Shown here in pieces: positions 7,039-16,895 of a stretch of DNA of 40,380 nt. Each line of letters starts with the position of its first letter. Position 1 is the stretch's first letter. The notes beneath the pieces were generated by a model. It was given only the letters and a program-made list of their open reading frames with translations. It was not told the origin of the DNA and searched no databases. Source of the stretch: Acidimicrobiia bacterium (GTDB taxonomy: Bacteria > Actinomycetota > Acidimicrobiia > Acidimicrobiales > CAIXPF01). Made by a program: the position numbers and the translations under genes. The DNA lies in the NCBI GenBank assembly GCA_031422955.1, contig JANPEN010000088.1:1-40380 (forward strand), in the 5' to 3' direction.

Positions 7039-9390
7039 ATGGCGTATCCCCGACCGCTGGGCCCAAACCAGAGCAGTTCCCAATCCAGCGATCTGGTTGT
7101 CCTGGGCGCGGCCGTAGTCCTCATCGTGGTGTTGGTGGGGTTGCGTCCGTTCGGGGAAGCTTTCGTGGCGGCCGCCGCCAACATCATGATGGTGATCGCC
7201 CCTGCTATCAGCGGTTGGTGGTGCCTGCGCTCGAACCGGCGGGCTCCCTGGCTATTGGTCGGCTCCGGCCTGTGGTGCTGGGCATCCGGCCAGGCCATCT
7301 TGACCTGGTATGAGCAGGTCGCTGGGCGCGCCGCGCCGTTCCCCTCCTTCGCCGACTTCGGGTATCTGGCTGCCCTACCGGTCATCGTCGTGGGCCTGGT
7401 GGCAATGCTGCATCTTCCGGCGACGCGGTGGGGCCGTACCCGGGTGGGTATCGAAGCGGGGCTGATAACTGGCGCAGTGTTGCTGGTGCTTTGGCCGCTG
7501 ACCCTGGGCCAGGTCATCACCGACCGCTCGGCCGGGACGGTGGCCTGGTCGGTGGCGGCGGCCTATCCGGTGGCCGACGCGGTGTTCGTCGCGGCGACCT
7601 TGCTGCTGATAGTGCGCAGCGGAAGCCGGGGGACATCTCTGCGGCTGCTCGGCGTTGGCCTCCTCGCCTTCGCCGTGAGCGACGTTGCCTTTGCGCAGCT
7701 GACCAGGACCGACAGCTCCGTGAGCGGCGGATGGTCCGACGCGGGTTGGATCCTGGGCTCGCTGCTGATGGGTGTCGCCGCCCGTCAGGACCGCCAGGGC
7801 GCCTCCGCCGCCGATGGGAACGAAGCCGGGAGGTTCTCGGTGGTTGTCGGAGTCATACCCCACGCCTGCTCTGTCGGTGCCACGCTGGTCACGTTGTCAT
7901 CGTTGGCCATGGGGGGCAACGTCATTGAGGTTCAGCTGTGGTTGTTGGGGCTGTTAGTCGTGCTGATGGGCGTCAACCAGCTTCCGGTGCTGGCGGAGGC
8001 CTCCGCTTGGACCCAGCTGTTGGAGGATCGGGTACTGGCTCGCACGGCTGAGCTGCACGCCACCGCGGAAACCCTCAAACAACAACAGTCTCGCCTGGCC
8101 CATCTGGCCCAGCACGACGCGCTGACCGGCTTGCCCAATCGTCGAGCCCTGTTCGATGCGCTGGCTGCCCCCGGCGCCGAAGGATGGATCCGTTGGATTG
8201 TCCTCATCGACCTCGACAACTTCAAATCCGTGAACGACGGGGCCGGTCACGCCGTCGGCGACGCGGTGTTGCAGATGGCGACGGCCCGACTGCAGCGAGC
8301 CCTTCCGTCGGGGGACATGGTCGCCCGACTCGGCGGCGATGAGTTCGCCGTGCTCTGTAGTCGGCCCGCAGAAAGGGGGGCCCCTACCGAGGTAGCGGAC
8401 CAGTTGCTCAGCACCCTGCGAGAACCTTACGCGTTGGAGGATTCAACGTTTGTGTTAGATGGCAGTGCTGGCATTGCCAAGGTGGTTGAAGGCCACAGCA
8501 CCGAGACGGCCTTGCGAGACGCAGATGTGGCCATGTACGCCGCCAAGTCTGCTGGGCGGGGTCGTTGGGTTGTGCACACCGAGCAGATGGCGGCCATCTC
8601 CATGAAACTGCGCACGCTGGTGACCGAGCTGTATGGAGCCATCGAGCGAGACGAGTTTGTGGTTCATTTTCAGCCCATCGTTCGCCTGGACACCTACGAG
8701 GTCGTCGGGGCGGAGGCACTCGTGCGGTGGCAGCACCCGCAGCGCGGCCAACTCGCACCGGAACACTACATCGGGATCGCGGAATCTACCGGAGCCATCC
8801 TCGGTCTGGGCGCTCTTGTGCTTCGTAAGGCCTTGGCCACCTTGCACGGCTGGCAACAAGAGGGGCTGGTGGACCCGACACGGTTCTTCATGAACATCAA
8901 CCTCTCGACCAAACAACTGGAAAAGCCCGGATTTGTGGAGGAGCTGGCGCTGTTGCTCGAGTCCTACCACCTCGACGCGGCCAGCCTCGTCCTTGAGGTC
9001 ACCGAGACGTCGTTGCTGAGCAGCGATGAGGCGGTGCTGAGCCGATTGGAAGGGCTGCGGGAAATGGGTGCCCGGCTGGCTGTCGATGACTTCGGCACCG
9101 GTTATGCCGGATTCGAATACCTCACGCGGGGCTTGTTTGAGGTGGTCAAGCTAGATCGCTTGCTGGTGGCCGCCGAGGCCGAGCAACAGAACTGGCCCTT
9201 GGCCCGCGCCGTGATTGGACTGGGCGAAGCGATGGGTTTCGAGGTGGTCGCGGAGGGAGTGGAGCATCGCCGTCAGGCTGATGCCCTCCAGACGCTGGGC
9301 TGTCTCAAGGCCCAGGGCTTCCTGTTCAGCGCGGCGGTACCCGCTGATGCATTCCCGGCACTGATGTCGAAGCTGGAGGTGAGTCGATGA
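7039..9390 (+). CDS. polytopic membrane diguanylate cyclase/phosphodiesterase (GGDEF-EAL)
   Basis: 783 aa. About 300 aa of N-terminal hydrophobic helices are followed by a coiled linker. The GGDEF domain carries RLGGDEFAVL. The EAL domain carries GAEALVRW, DDFGTGYAG, KLDRLL and EGVE. Confidence 0.9.
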   Translation: MAYPRPLGPNQSSSQSSDLVVLGAAVVLIVVLVGLRPFGEAFVAAAANIMMVIAPAISGWWCLRSNRRAPWLLVGSGLWCWASGQAILTWYEQVAGRAAPFPSFADFGYLAALPVIVVGLVAMLHLPATRWGRTRVGIEAGLITGAVLLVLWPLTLGQVITDRSAGTVAWSVAAAYPVADAVFVAATLLLIVRSGSRGTSLRLLGVGLLAFAVSDVAFAQLTRTDSSVSGGWSDAGWILGSLLMGVAARQDRQGASAADGNEAGRFSVVVGVIPHACSVGATLVTLSSLAMGGNVIEVQLWLLGLLVVLMGVNQLPVLAEASAWTQLLEDRVLARTAELHATAETLKQQQSRLAHLAQHDALTGLPNRRALFDALAAPGAEGWIRWIVLIDLDNFKSVNDGAGHAVGDAVLQMATARLQRALPSGDMVARLGGDEFAVLCSRPAERGAPTEVADQLLSTLREPYALEDSTFVLDGSAGIAKVVEGHSTETALRDADVAMYAAKSAGRGRWVVHTEQMAAISMKLRTLVTELYGAIERDEFVVHFQPIVRLDTYEVVGAEALVRWQHPQRGQLAPEHYIGIAESTGAILGLGALVLRKALATLHGWQQEGLVDPTRFFMNINLSTKQLEKPGFVEELALLLESYHLDAASLVLEVTETSLLSSDEAVLSRLEGLREMGARLAVDDFGTGYAGFEYLTRGLFEVVKLDRLLVAAEAEQQNWPLARAVIGLGEAMGFEVVAEGVEHRRQADALQTLGCLKAQGFLFSAAVPADAFPALMSKLEVSR

Positions 9391-9782
9391 AGATCCTGCT
9401 GGTCGACGACGATCAGAACATGCGCCGCGCACTGCGACGTTTCTTGGAACGCTACGGCCACCAGATCGCGGGGGAGGCCTACGACGGGGAGGTTGGCCTG
9501 TCCCTGGCGCGCGAGCTGAATCCCGATGTGGTGGTCATGGATCTCAAGATGCCCCACATGACCGGTACCGAAGCGGCCCGGCTGCTGCGCAAGAGCCATC
9601 CCCACATTGACGTCATCATCCACTCCGCCTACGACGAGGCGGCGTTCAAGGCCGTGGCCGCCAAAGCGGGAGCGGTCTGCTACATCGTCAAGGGCGAGGG
9701 CCCAACTCAGCTGCTCAAGCTGCTCCACGAACTGGAGAACCGTCGAGCCGAGGTTCGAGTGCCCTCCCCGATCGCGCCGTGA
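9387..9782 (+). CDS. stand-alone response-regulator receiver (CheY-like) protein
   Basis: 131 aa with LLVDDD, VVVMDLKMP (phospho-Asp), HSAY and YIVKG, and no output domain. The start overlaps the upstream stop (ATGA), with GGAGGTGAG as RBS. Confidence 0.9.
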   Translation: MKILLVDDDQNMRRALRRFLERYGHQIAGEAYDGEVGLSLARELNPDVVVMDLKMPHMTGTEAARLLRKSHPHIDVIIHSAYDEAAFKAVAAKAGAVCYIVKGEGPTQLLKLLHELENRRAEVRVPSPIAP

Positions 9783-11521
9783 GAAGCAAGCCGCTTTGCT
9801 CGCGGCCCTGCACGCTCGCCGCCGGGCTCGGAGGCATCGGCGCGGTGGGCTACCAGTTCGTGCCCAGGGTGGGTCCGTCCAGCATAGCTTTCTTCGGTTA
9901 TGGAGTGGTCTGCGCCCTGACCGTTATCCTCACCGCGCCATCCCAGCCCAGGCACGCCCGCGCCGCCTTGGTGCTAATCGGCCTCGGCATCCTCGCCATG
10001 GTAGCTGGGGACGGGGTGTGGGCGTTCTATGAGGTTTTCCGCGGACAGCCCGCTCCCTTCCCCTCCGCGGCCGACGTCCTCTACCTCGGCGGCTATCCGC
10101 TGCAATTGCTCGGATTATCGATCCTGCTGCGACGAGGCTCTCCCAGTCGGGATGGTGCCGCCCTGATCGACGCGGCGATCATTGCCTGTGGCGCCGCATC
10201 GCTCGGTTGGACGTTCATTATCCGCTCCTCAGCCCTCGATGACGGCCTGACCTTTCTGGAACGTGCCGTTTCGATCTCCTACCCGATTGCCGATGTGCTC
10301 CTACTCGCGGTGGTCTCCCGCATGTTGCTCAGCGCAGGCCGACGAGGGGCCGAAGCGTGGTTCGCCGCCGCCCTGCTGGCCACCTTGGCCGCCGATGTCA
10401 TCTATTCCGTGCAGACAGTAGGCAGCACCTACAGCTCGGGGTCTTGGGTAGACTCGATCTGGCTGGTCGGCTACGCCTGTTGGGCCATCGCCGCGCTGCA
10501 CCCAGCCAGCGAACCTGCCGAACAACGTGAGGCGAGCGGCCCGGTAACCTTCGGGCCCTTACGGGTTGCATTGTTGGGTTCGGCCGCGCTTCTCGCTCCC
10601 GCGTGCATGCTGTTTTGGTTCGACGAGCGCAGCGCCCCGGACATTCTCATCGTCGCCGCCACCTCAGCGGTCGCCTTCGGCTTGGTCATGGTACGACTGG
10701 TGTTGGCCCTGCGGGCGCTGCAAGCGGCCCATGCCACCATCAAGGTCGCGCAACATGACCGACAGCGCCTGCTCAGCCAGATAGTTGAGGCGGCCGAGTA
10801 CGAGCGAGTTCGCGTCGCCACGGAGCTCCACGACGGTCCCGTGCAGGCCCTGTCCGCGATTGGGTTCGATCTGCAACTCGGCCTGCTCTCGTTGCATGAC
10901 GGGGACAACGCCGATCTCGATGCCATCATCCGACGCACGGCCGCCACCATCGCCCACGAGGTGGCCGACATCCGCCAGCTCATGTCTGGCCTGCGCCCGC
11001 CCATCCTCGATGAGGGCGGCGTGGTGGTGGCCATTGAAGAGCATCTGCGCACAGTGGCCCAGCGGTCTGGTGTCGACATCAACTTCGTGAGCGACGTAAG
11101 GGAGGAGGTTCCCAGAGCCATCGAGACCACCTTGTATCGCGTGACCCAGGAGGCGATGTCCAACGTCGTCCGCCATGCCGGCGCCGCTCACGCCCGGGTG
11201 GAGCTGCGGATCAGCAACGGGTGGGCGAAGCTGATCGTGGCCGATGACGGTCGAGGTTTCAGCCCGCGCTCCACGGGGGAGCTTCTGCGCGGTGGCCACT
11301 ACGGATTAGCCGGGGTCTCCGAGCGGGCCGCTATCGCCGGCGGATCCCTGCAGGTGCAGACCGCGCCCAACAGGGGGACCACGTTGGTGGTCGCCCTACC
11401 CAACACCGGCCCAGCTCGGTTGCTTGAGGTCGCGGGGATGAACCGGGGACTTCTCAAACCGTTTGAGCTTCGCAATCCTGAACCCGAGCCTACGGACCAT
11501 GACGCGTTCATCCCCCGATAG
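9779..11521 (+). CDS. polytopic membrane sensor histidine kinase (HisKA_3 / HATPase_c)
   Basis: 580 aa with a GTGA overlap onto the receiver gene. H-box RVATELHDGPVQ, N-box EAMSNVVRHAGA, DDGRGF and GHYGLAGVSERA are present. The N-terminal membrane region is paralogous to that of the GGDEF-EAL protein. Confidence 0.9.
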   Translation: MRSKPLCSRPCTLAAGLGGIGAVGYQFVPRVGPSSIAFFGYGVVCALTVILTAPSQPRHARAALVLIGLGILAMVAGDGVWAFYEVFRGQPAPFPSAADVLYLGGYPLQLLGLSILLRRGSPSRDGAALIDAAIIACGAASLGWTFIIRSSALDDGLTFLERAVSISYPIADVLLLAVVSRMLLSAGRRGAEAWFAAALLATLAADVIYSVQTVGSTYSSGSWVDSIWLVGYACWAIAALHPASEPAEQREASGPVTFGPLRVALLGSAALLAPACMLFWFDERSAPDILIVAATSAVAFGLVMVRLVLALRALQAAHATIKVAQHDRQRLLSQIVEAAEYERVRVATELHDGPVQALSAIGFDLQLGLLSLHDGDNADLDAIIRRTAATIAHEVADIRQLMSGLRPPILDEGGVVVAIEEHLRTVAQRSGVDINFVSDVREEVPRAIETTLYRVTQEAMSNVVRHAGAAHARVELRISNGWAKLIVADDGRGFSPRSTGELLRGGHYGLAGVSERAAIAGGSLQVQTAPNRGTTLVVALPNTGPARLLEVAGMNRGLLKPFELRNPEPEPTDHDAFIPR

Positions 11522-11630
11522 GCCCACCCTCCTCGGATCTACCGATCGATCTCCCGTCCCCGCCCATCTCGAGGCCCGCGGTCCCCCGTCGAAGGAGGAA
11601 AGGTGACAAGGAGCACGCAAACCCGCTCAA

Positions 11631-12677
11631 CTAATTTGTTGCGCCAACGGCCAAGGTCGGCGCTACTTCTTCGGCGAACAGTTGCATGGAACGGGCCGAG
11701 TCGGCCTGGGCGATGGAACCCCAGGCGAAGGCCAGGGCCACATAGTTGAGCCCACCCTCGGCAATGGTGGCAGCCAGACCCTCTCGCACCGTTTCGGGGG
11801 ATCCGACCAGCAGGGCGCCGGCGCCGCGGAACTTTTCGATTGTGGGGATGCCCACCGCCACCGGCTCGCTGTTGTTGGCCACCCACAGCTTGATGAAGCT
11901 GTGCTGCCAGCGATCGAAGGTGTCCGCCAACAGCCGCTCGGCCTCCTCGTCGGTGTCCGCCACGATGATCTGGCGCATCATGCCAATGGTTGGGTCGGCC
12001 ACGTGGGCGTTGTAGCGACCCGGGTCGTGGCGGTGCGCTTCGACCTCGATGCGGTACTGGGCCACCGCTTGGCCGAACAACGAGGCCGGGCCCAATCCCA
12101 TTAGGTTGAGGCCGTGGCGAGCGGCCCAGCTCAGGCCTTCGGGGGAACTGGTGGCGTGCCAAATGGGCGGATACGGCCGCTGCACGGTGGGCAACTCCAT
12201 GGGAGCGCCATCGATGCTGGCTAGCCGCCGTCCGGTGTGGCTGAGGGTGGCGTTGGAAAGTCCTTTGACGACGATTTCCAGCGTTTCTTCGAACAATTCT
12301 CGCGAATCGGCTGCGGCGACGCCGTAGTAGCCCAGCTCCCAAGGGCTCACCCCCCGGCCCACCCCCAGCTCCAAACGACCGTGGGAGAGTTGGTCCAACA
12401 TGGCGATCTCGCTAATCAAACGGAGCGGGTCATATAAGGGCAGCAGATACACCAACGGTCCGAGGCGGATGCGGGTGGTTTCCCTGGCCACCGCGGCCAG
12501 CCAAACGCTGGGTGAGGGCGCCCCACCCAGCGGCGTGAAATGGTGCTCGGCCACGTGGTACGTGGAGAAACCGAGCTCATCGGCCAAGGCGGCCAGGGCC
12601 AGCCGTTCCTCGAATAGCCGCGTGGGCGACTCCTCGTCGGAGAAATCAACCCAATCAAAGACGCCGAAATGGACCAT
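11631..12677 (-). CDS. LLM-class (luciferase-like) flavin-dependent oxidoreductase
   Basis: The homologous protein starts at ATG 12677 (MVHFGVFDWVDFSDE...STYHVAEHHF...). The ORF-track start at 12947 would add 90 low-complexity Arg/Gly residues and overlap the upstream gene. Confidence 0.85.
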   Translation of the reverse strand: MVHFGVFDWVDFSDEESPTRLFEERLALAALADELGFSTYHVAEHHFTPLGGAPSPSVWLAAVARETTRIRLGPLVYLLPLYDPLRLISEIAMLDQLSHGRLELGVGRGVSPWELGYYGVAAADSRELFEETLEIVVKGLSNATLSHTGRRLASIDGAPMELPTVQRPYPPIWHATSSPEGLSWAARHGLNLMGLGPASLFGQAVAQYRIEVEAHRHDPGRYNAHVADPTIGMMRQIIVADTDEEAERLLADTFDRWQHSFIKLWVANNSEPVAVGIPTIEKFRGAGALLVGSPETVREGLAATIAEGGLNYVALAFAWGSIAQADSARSMQLFAEEVAPTLAVGATN

Positions 12678-12760
12678 GGGCCGGCACTGTAACCCTCCTC
12701 CGGCGCGGCTGTCGGGCCTCCCCGACCCCCGACCCGCCTGCCCCGACCGGCCCGAACCGC

Positions 12761-14893
12761 TCAGCCGGCCCGGAAAGTTGACCCGGCTGCGGCCAGCCCG
12801 GCCAGGCGGGGAGAGATATTCCAGTGCTCGCCCCCGAGACGCTGGTGATAGGCGTTGATCTTTTCCGCCACCTGGTCCAATCCCACGGTGTCGGACCAGA
12901 ACATGGGCCCACCGGTGTAGAGCGGCCAGCCGTAGCCGTTGATCCACACCACATCGATATCACTAGCCCGAATGGCAATGCCCTCATCGAGGATCTTGGC
13001 TCCCTCGTTGACCATGGGCAACAGGCAGCGCTCCAACACCTCCTCGTCGCTCACCGGGCGGGGGGTGATGCCCCGCCGAACCCCCAACGCAGCGATGAGG
13101 GCCTCGACCTCGGGATCGGGGGTGGCGGCCCGGGTAGCGGGTTCATAGGTGTAGTAACCCCGCCCATTCTTCTGGCCCCGCCGGCCCGATTCGCACAAAA
13201 CCTCGCGCACGGTCGATCCAGTGGAGCCTTCTGCCTTCCAGCCGATGTCGAGCCCGGCCAGGTCGCTCATGGCGTAAGGGCCCATGGGGAAACCGAAGTC
13301 GTAGATGACCCGGTCGATCTGGGACGGGGTGGCACCCTCCAGCAGCATGCGGTCCGCCTCGATGCGGCGCATGGCCAACATCCGGTTGCCGACGAAGCCA
13401 TGGCACACCCCGACCAACACCGCAATCTTGTTGATGCGCTTGGCCAGAGCCATGGTGGTGGCGATGACCTCCTTGGAGCTTTTGTCCCCCCGCACCACCT
13501 CGAGCAGCTTCATGACGTTGGCCGGGGAGAAGAAATGCATCCCGACCACGCCTTCGGGCCGGGTCGTGGCCGCGGCGATGGCGTTGACATCCAGCGCCGA
13601 GGTGTTGGTGGCCAACAACGCCCCCGGCTTGCAGATCCGGTCCAGCTCGGTGAAAACCTGGCGTTTAAGCTCCAGATCTTCGAACACCGCCTCGATGACG
13701 ATGTCGAGATCGGCGAAATCTCCTTGATCCACCGAGCCGGTGATAAGGGCCATCCGGGTGCCGACGTCGTCGGAGGTGATCGAGCCCCTGGCCGCGGAGC
13801 GCTCGTAGTTGCTGCGAATAACGCCCAGACCCCGCTCCAGCGAAGCCCGGTCTCGTTCCACGATGGTGACGGGAATGCCGACGTTGGCGAAGTTCATGGC
13901 GATGCCCCCTCCCATGGTCCCCGCCCCCAACACCCCGGCCGAGGCGATAGGCAGTTGCGCGGTGTCCTTGGCCACGTCGGGGACCTTGGCCGCTTCCCGC
14001 TCGGCGAAGAAGTAGTACTGCTGAGCCTTGGCTTGAGAACCGGCCATCAGCTCGCCGAACAGCTCGCGCTCGCGGGCCACTCCCTGATCGAAGGGCAAGG
14101 TGGCGGCGGCCTCGATGCAACGGATGTTGTACTCAGGGGCCAGGAACCCTCGGCTGCGATGGGCGATCTTCTGGCGGAACTGGGTGAAAATCCCCGGATC
14201 GTGGTCGAGCTTGTCGTTGCGGTCCCGAATGGCCCGCAGCGGCCTGGCCTCGGCCAGCACCTGACGGGCGAAGGCGATGGCGCCGGCCTCGAGGGTGGCG
14301 GCCTCGAGGGTGGCGTGGTCCCTTCCCGTCTGCCCGGTAGGGTCGGTCACGATCTGGTCGATGAGCCCGCAGGCCAACGCCTCCTCGGCGCCGATGGGCT
14401 CGCCCGAGGTCATCATCTCCAGTGCTTTGGCGATACCGGTGACCCGGGGCAAGCGCTGGGTGCCACCCGCGCCGGGCAATAGGCCCAGCTTCACCTCGGG
14501 CAGCCCGAAACGGGCAGTGGGCACCGCCACCCGGAAATGGGCGCACATGGCCACCTCCAACCCGCCGCCCAGGGCGGTGCCGTGAATGGCGGCGATGACC
14601 GGTTTGGGGCAGTTCTCCATGGCCGCCTGGGCCCCTTGCAGGGACGGCGGCTGGGGCGGCTTGGCGAACTCGGTGATGTCGGCGCCGGCGATAAAGGTTC
14701 GCCCGGCGCAGAGCAACACGATGGCGGCCACTGCGGGGTCCGCCACCGCCGCGCTCACCCCATCGAGGATGCCTTGGCGTACATGAAAGCTGAGGGCGTT
14801 GACCGGCGGGTTGTCCACCGTGATCACCGCCACCGTGGGCTGGCCATCGGCGTCGTGCAGGTCGAGCCGAACAGATTGGGTCAGTGCATTCAT
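12761..14893 (-). CDS. bifunctional enoyl-CoA hydratase / 3-hydroxyacyl-CoA dehydrogenase (FadB/FadJ-type)
   Basis: 710 aa. The N-terminal crotonase domain has DNPPVNALS and [12 protein letters not shown]. The central Rossmann fold has [17 protein letters not shown]-terminal 3HCDH domains follow. Confidence 0.9.
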   Translation of the reverse strand: MNALTQSVRLDLHDADGQPTVAVITVDNPPVNALSFHVRQGILDGVSAAVADPAVAAIVLLCAGRTFIAGADITEFAKPPQPPSLQGAQAAMENCPKPVIAAIHGTALGGGLEVAMCAHFRVAVPTARFGLPEVKLGLLPGAGGTQRLPRVTGIAKALEMMTSGEPIGAEEALACGLIDQIVTDPTGQTGRDHATLEAATLEAGAIAFARQVLAEARPLRAIRDRNDKLDHDPGIFTQFRQKIAHRSRGFLAPEYNIRCIEAAATLPFDQGVARERELFGELMAGSQAKAQQYYFFAEREAAKVPDVAKDTAQLPIASAGVLGAGTMGGGIAMNFANVGIPVTIVERDRASLERGLGVIRSNYERSAARGSITSDDVGTRMALITGSVDQGDFADLDIVIEAVFEDLELKRQVFTELDRICKPGALLATNTSALDVNAIAAATTRPEGVVGMHFFSPANVMKLLEVVRGDKSSKEVIATTMALAKRINKIAVLVGVCHGFVGNRMLAMRRIEADRMLLEGATPSQIDRVIYDFGFPMGPYAMSDLAGLDIGWKAEGSTGSTVREVLCESGRRGQKNGRGYYTYEPATRAATPDPEVEALIAALGVRRGITPRPVSDEEVLERCLLPMVNEGAKILDEGIAIRASDIDVVWINGYGWPLYTGGPMFWSDTVGLDQVAEKINAYHQRLGGEHWNISPRLAGLAAAGSTFRAG

Positions 14894-15843
14894 CGTGCTC
14901 CCTTGGCAGTTGCAGCCGCGGTTCCGGCGCGCGGCGCGCGCTCCCCCGCGTTACCGGGCTCAGCGACTGGCTCAAAGCCGGTGACGTACTGCTGCTCGTA
15001 GCGGTCCCAGGCCGGGTAGTCGATCAGCTCGTAGAGCTCCGCCCGGGTGGCCATACGCTCCAGTATGGCCTGCTGGCTACCGGTGCGGGCCAGTTCGGCG
15101 GCGCCCTCGCGCACGGCATGCAACATCAGCCTAAAGGCCATCATGGGAAAAATTACGGTGGCGAAACCGAATGCTTCGAACTGCTCGGCGCTGAAGTATG
15201 GAGTCTTCCCGAACTCGGTCATGTTAGCCAGCAGTGCCACGGCGGGCAGGGCCTGAGCGAACGCGCGAAACTCGCCTTCACTGCGCAACGCCTCGGCGAA
15301 GATCATATCGGCGCCGGCCTCGACGTAGGCGCCGGCCCGATCGATGGCACCGGCCAGGCCTTCAGTGGCGGCTGCGTCGACCCTGGCAATGATGACAAAG
15401 CTTTCGTCGCGGCGGGCGTCGAGGGCGGCGTGCAACTTGCCAACCATCTCCGCCACCGGCACGGTCCGCTTGCCGTCAAGGTGGCCGCACCGCTTGGGGC
15501 TTTCCTGGTCCTCTAGATGAATCCCAGCCACCCCGGCCCGTTCGAAGGCCCGCACGGTGCGCACCACGTTGACGGCGTTACCGAAACCGGTATCGGCGTC
15601 GCAGAACACCGGCACATCAACCACGTCGACCATACGGCCAGCGTTTTGCACGAACTCGTCGAGGGTGCCCAAAGCGATGTCGGGCAGACCCAAATGGGCG
15701 TTGACGGTGCCGGCACCGGTCATGTAGATCGCCCCGAACCCAGCGGCGGCCATAACCCTGGCGGTGATGGCGTCATAGGCACCGGGAGCGACGAGTATGG
15801 CGGGATCCGCGATGAGTTGGCGCAGCCGCCGGCCGGGGCTCAC
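14890..15843 (-). CDS. isocitrate lyase / PEP mutase superfamily protein (methylisocitrate lyase / carboxyPEP mutase / dimethylmalate lyase-like)
   Basis: APGAYDAITARV, GIHLEDQESPKRCGHLDGK and GADMIFAEAL. The GTG start at 15843 makes a GTGA overlap with the upstream stop, and the stop makes an ATGA overlap with the FadB-like start. The ORF-track start at 15921 lies inside the upstream gene. Confidence 0.85.
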   Translation of the reverse strand: MSPGRRLRQLIADPAILVAPGAYDAITARVMAAAGFGAIYMTGAGTVNAHLGLPDIALGTLDEFVQNAGRMVDVVDVPVFCDADTGFGNAVNVVRTVRAFERAGVAGIHLEDQESPKRCGHLDGKRTVPVAEMVGKLHAALDARRDESFVIIARVDAAATEGLAGAIDRAGAYVEAGADMIFAEALRSEGEFRAFAQALPAVALLANMTEFGKTPYFSAEQFEAFGFATVIFPMMAFRLMLHAVREGAAELARTGSQQAILERMATRAELYELIDYPAWDRYEQQYVTGFEPVAEPGNAGERAPRAGTAAATAKGAR

Positions 15844-16895
15844 AGGTGCGCCGTTCCGGTGAGCAGGCGACGGGCGGTGCGGACCACCCCAGCGGAGCGG
15901 ACCTGGTCGCCCTCGATGCACACGGTGGCCTGCACCGATCCCTTGGGGTGCCAGATCCGGACCACCTCACCGGCGGGCGAGACGGCCCCGGTGGCGGGCC
16001 GGGCGAGCGCGTGGACCAGGGTGCCCGGGAGGCGAGCGGCGGCGGCGATGCACAGCGCCCCGGTCATCGGCACCGCGTGGTGGACCCGGCCCATGGAGGT
16101 GGCCAGGACCCGCAGGTCCTCACCCGGGCTGACCAACACCAGCCGGGGAATGGCCAGGCTGTCCACCCCGATGCGACGCCCGGCGGCGACCCGCAGCGCC
16201 TCGAGCGCGGCCAGAAGTTCGGGGCGGGCGTTGAGCTCGGCCGGGCTCTCGGTGCCCGCCAGCCCGAAGGCGCTGGCCGCGGCGAACACGTAGGGGCTAG
16301 CCACATCAACGATGGACACGTCGTGGCCGTCGAGACCCTCGCGTCGGGCCCCGGTGGGAAACAGCGCGCCGGTAACCGAACCGGCCGGCTCCAGATAATC
16401 CGTGACCAGCGCGGCGCCCGAACCAGGCACCCCGTCGATAACGGTGTCGCCCTCCCAGGCGGCTCGACCGTCGCGCACCACCACCGTGGCCCGCACCACC
16501 ACCGCGGTGTTGAGGTTGCGCAGCCGTACCACCGTCTGGGGCGGGCACGGCGCAACCAGCCCCTCGTCCACCGCGTAGTGAGCCACCGCGGCGGTGAGGT
16601 TGCCGCAGTTGCCGGTGTAGTCGACCACCGCCTGGTCGACGGCGACCTGGGCGAACAGGTAATCCACATCGGCGCCCGGCTCCGCCGAGGGACCCACCGC
16701 CATTACCTTGGAGGTGGAGCTGTGGGTGCCGCCCAGACCGTCGAGCTGCATGGGGTCAGGGCTGCCCATCAGCCGCAGCAGCAGCCGATCGCGCCGGGCC
16801 GGGTCAACGGGCAGATCCGCCATGCGGATGAACACCCCTTTGGAGGTGCCCCCGCGCATCAGCACCACCGGTAGATCGCACGGCAGGTCAGTCAT
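15840..16895 (-). CDS. PrpF / 3-methylitaconate isomerase / 4-oxalomesaconate tautomerase family protein
   Basis: MTDLPCDLPVVLMRGGTSKGVFI... and GNCGNLTAAVAHYAV are hallmark PrpF-family segments. ATG 16895 overlaps the upstream stop by 8 nt (ATGACTGA). Confidence 0.85.
   Translation of the reverse strand: MTDLPCDLPVVLMRGGTSKGVFIRMADLPVDPARRDRLLLRLMGSPDPMQLDGLGGTHSSTSKVMAVGPSAEPGADVDYLFAQVAVDQAVVDYTGNCGNLTAAVAHYAVDEGLVAPCPPQTVVRLRNLNTAVVVRATVVVRDGRAAWEGDTVIDGVPGSGAALVTDYLEPAGSVTGALFPTGARREGLDGHDVSIVDVASPYVFAAASAFGLAGTESPAELNARPELLAALEALRVAAGRRIGVDSLAIPRLVLVSPGEDLRVLATSMGRVHHAVPMTGALCIAAAARLPGTLVHALARPATGAVSPAGEVVRIWHPKGSVQATVCIEGDQVRSAGVVRTARRLLTGTAHL

Noticed and set aside
11631-12947. N-terminally extended ORF-track models: 11631..12947, 14890..15921, 15840..16931, 18266..19660, 21850..22911, 22989..24212, 23978..25906, 29275..30123, 29864..30199, 32104..33495, 33377..34441, 34471..35844 and 35689..37116.
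   Set aside because: The extensions are low-complexity, overlap neighbouring genes and lack homology. Internal starts with RBS-like purine tracts, or ATGA/GTGA coupling, coincide with where family homology begins.
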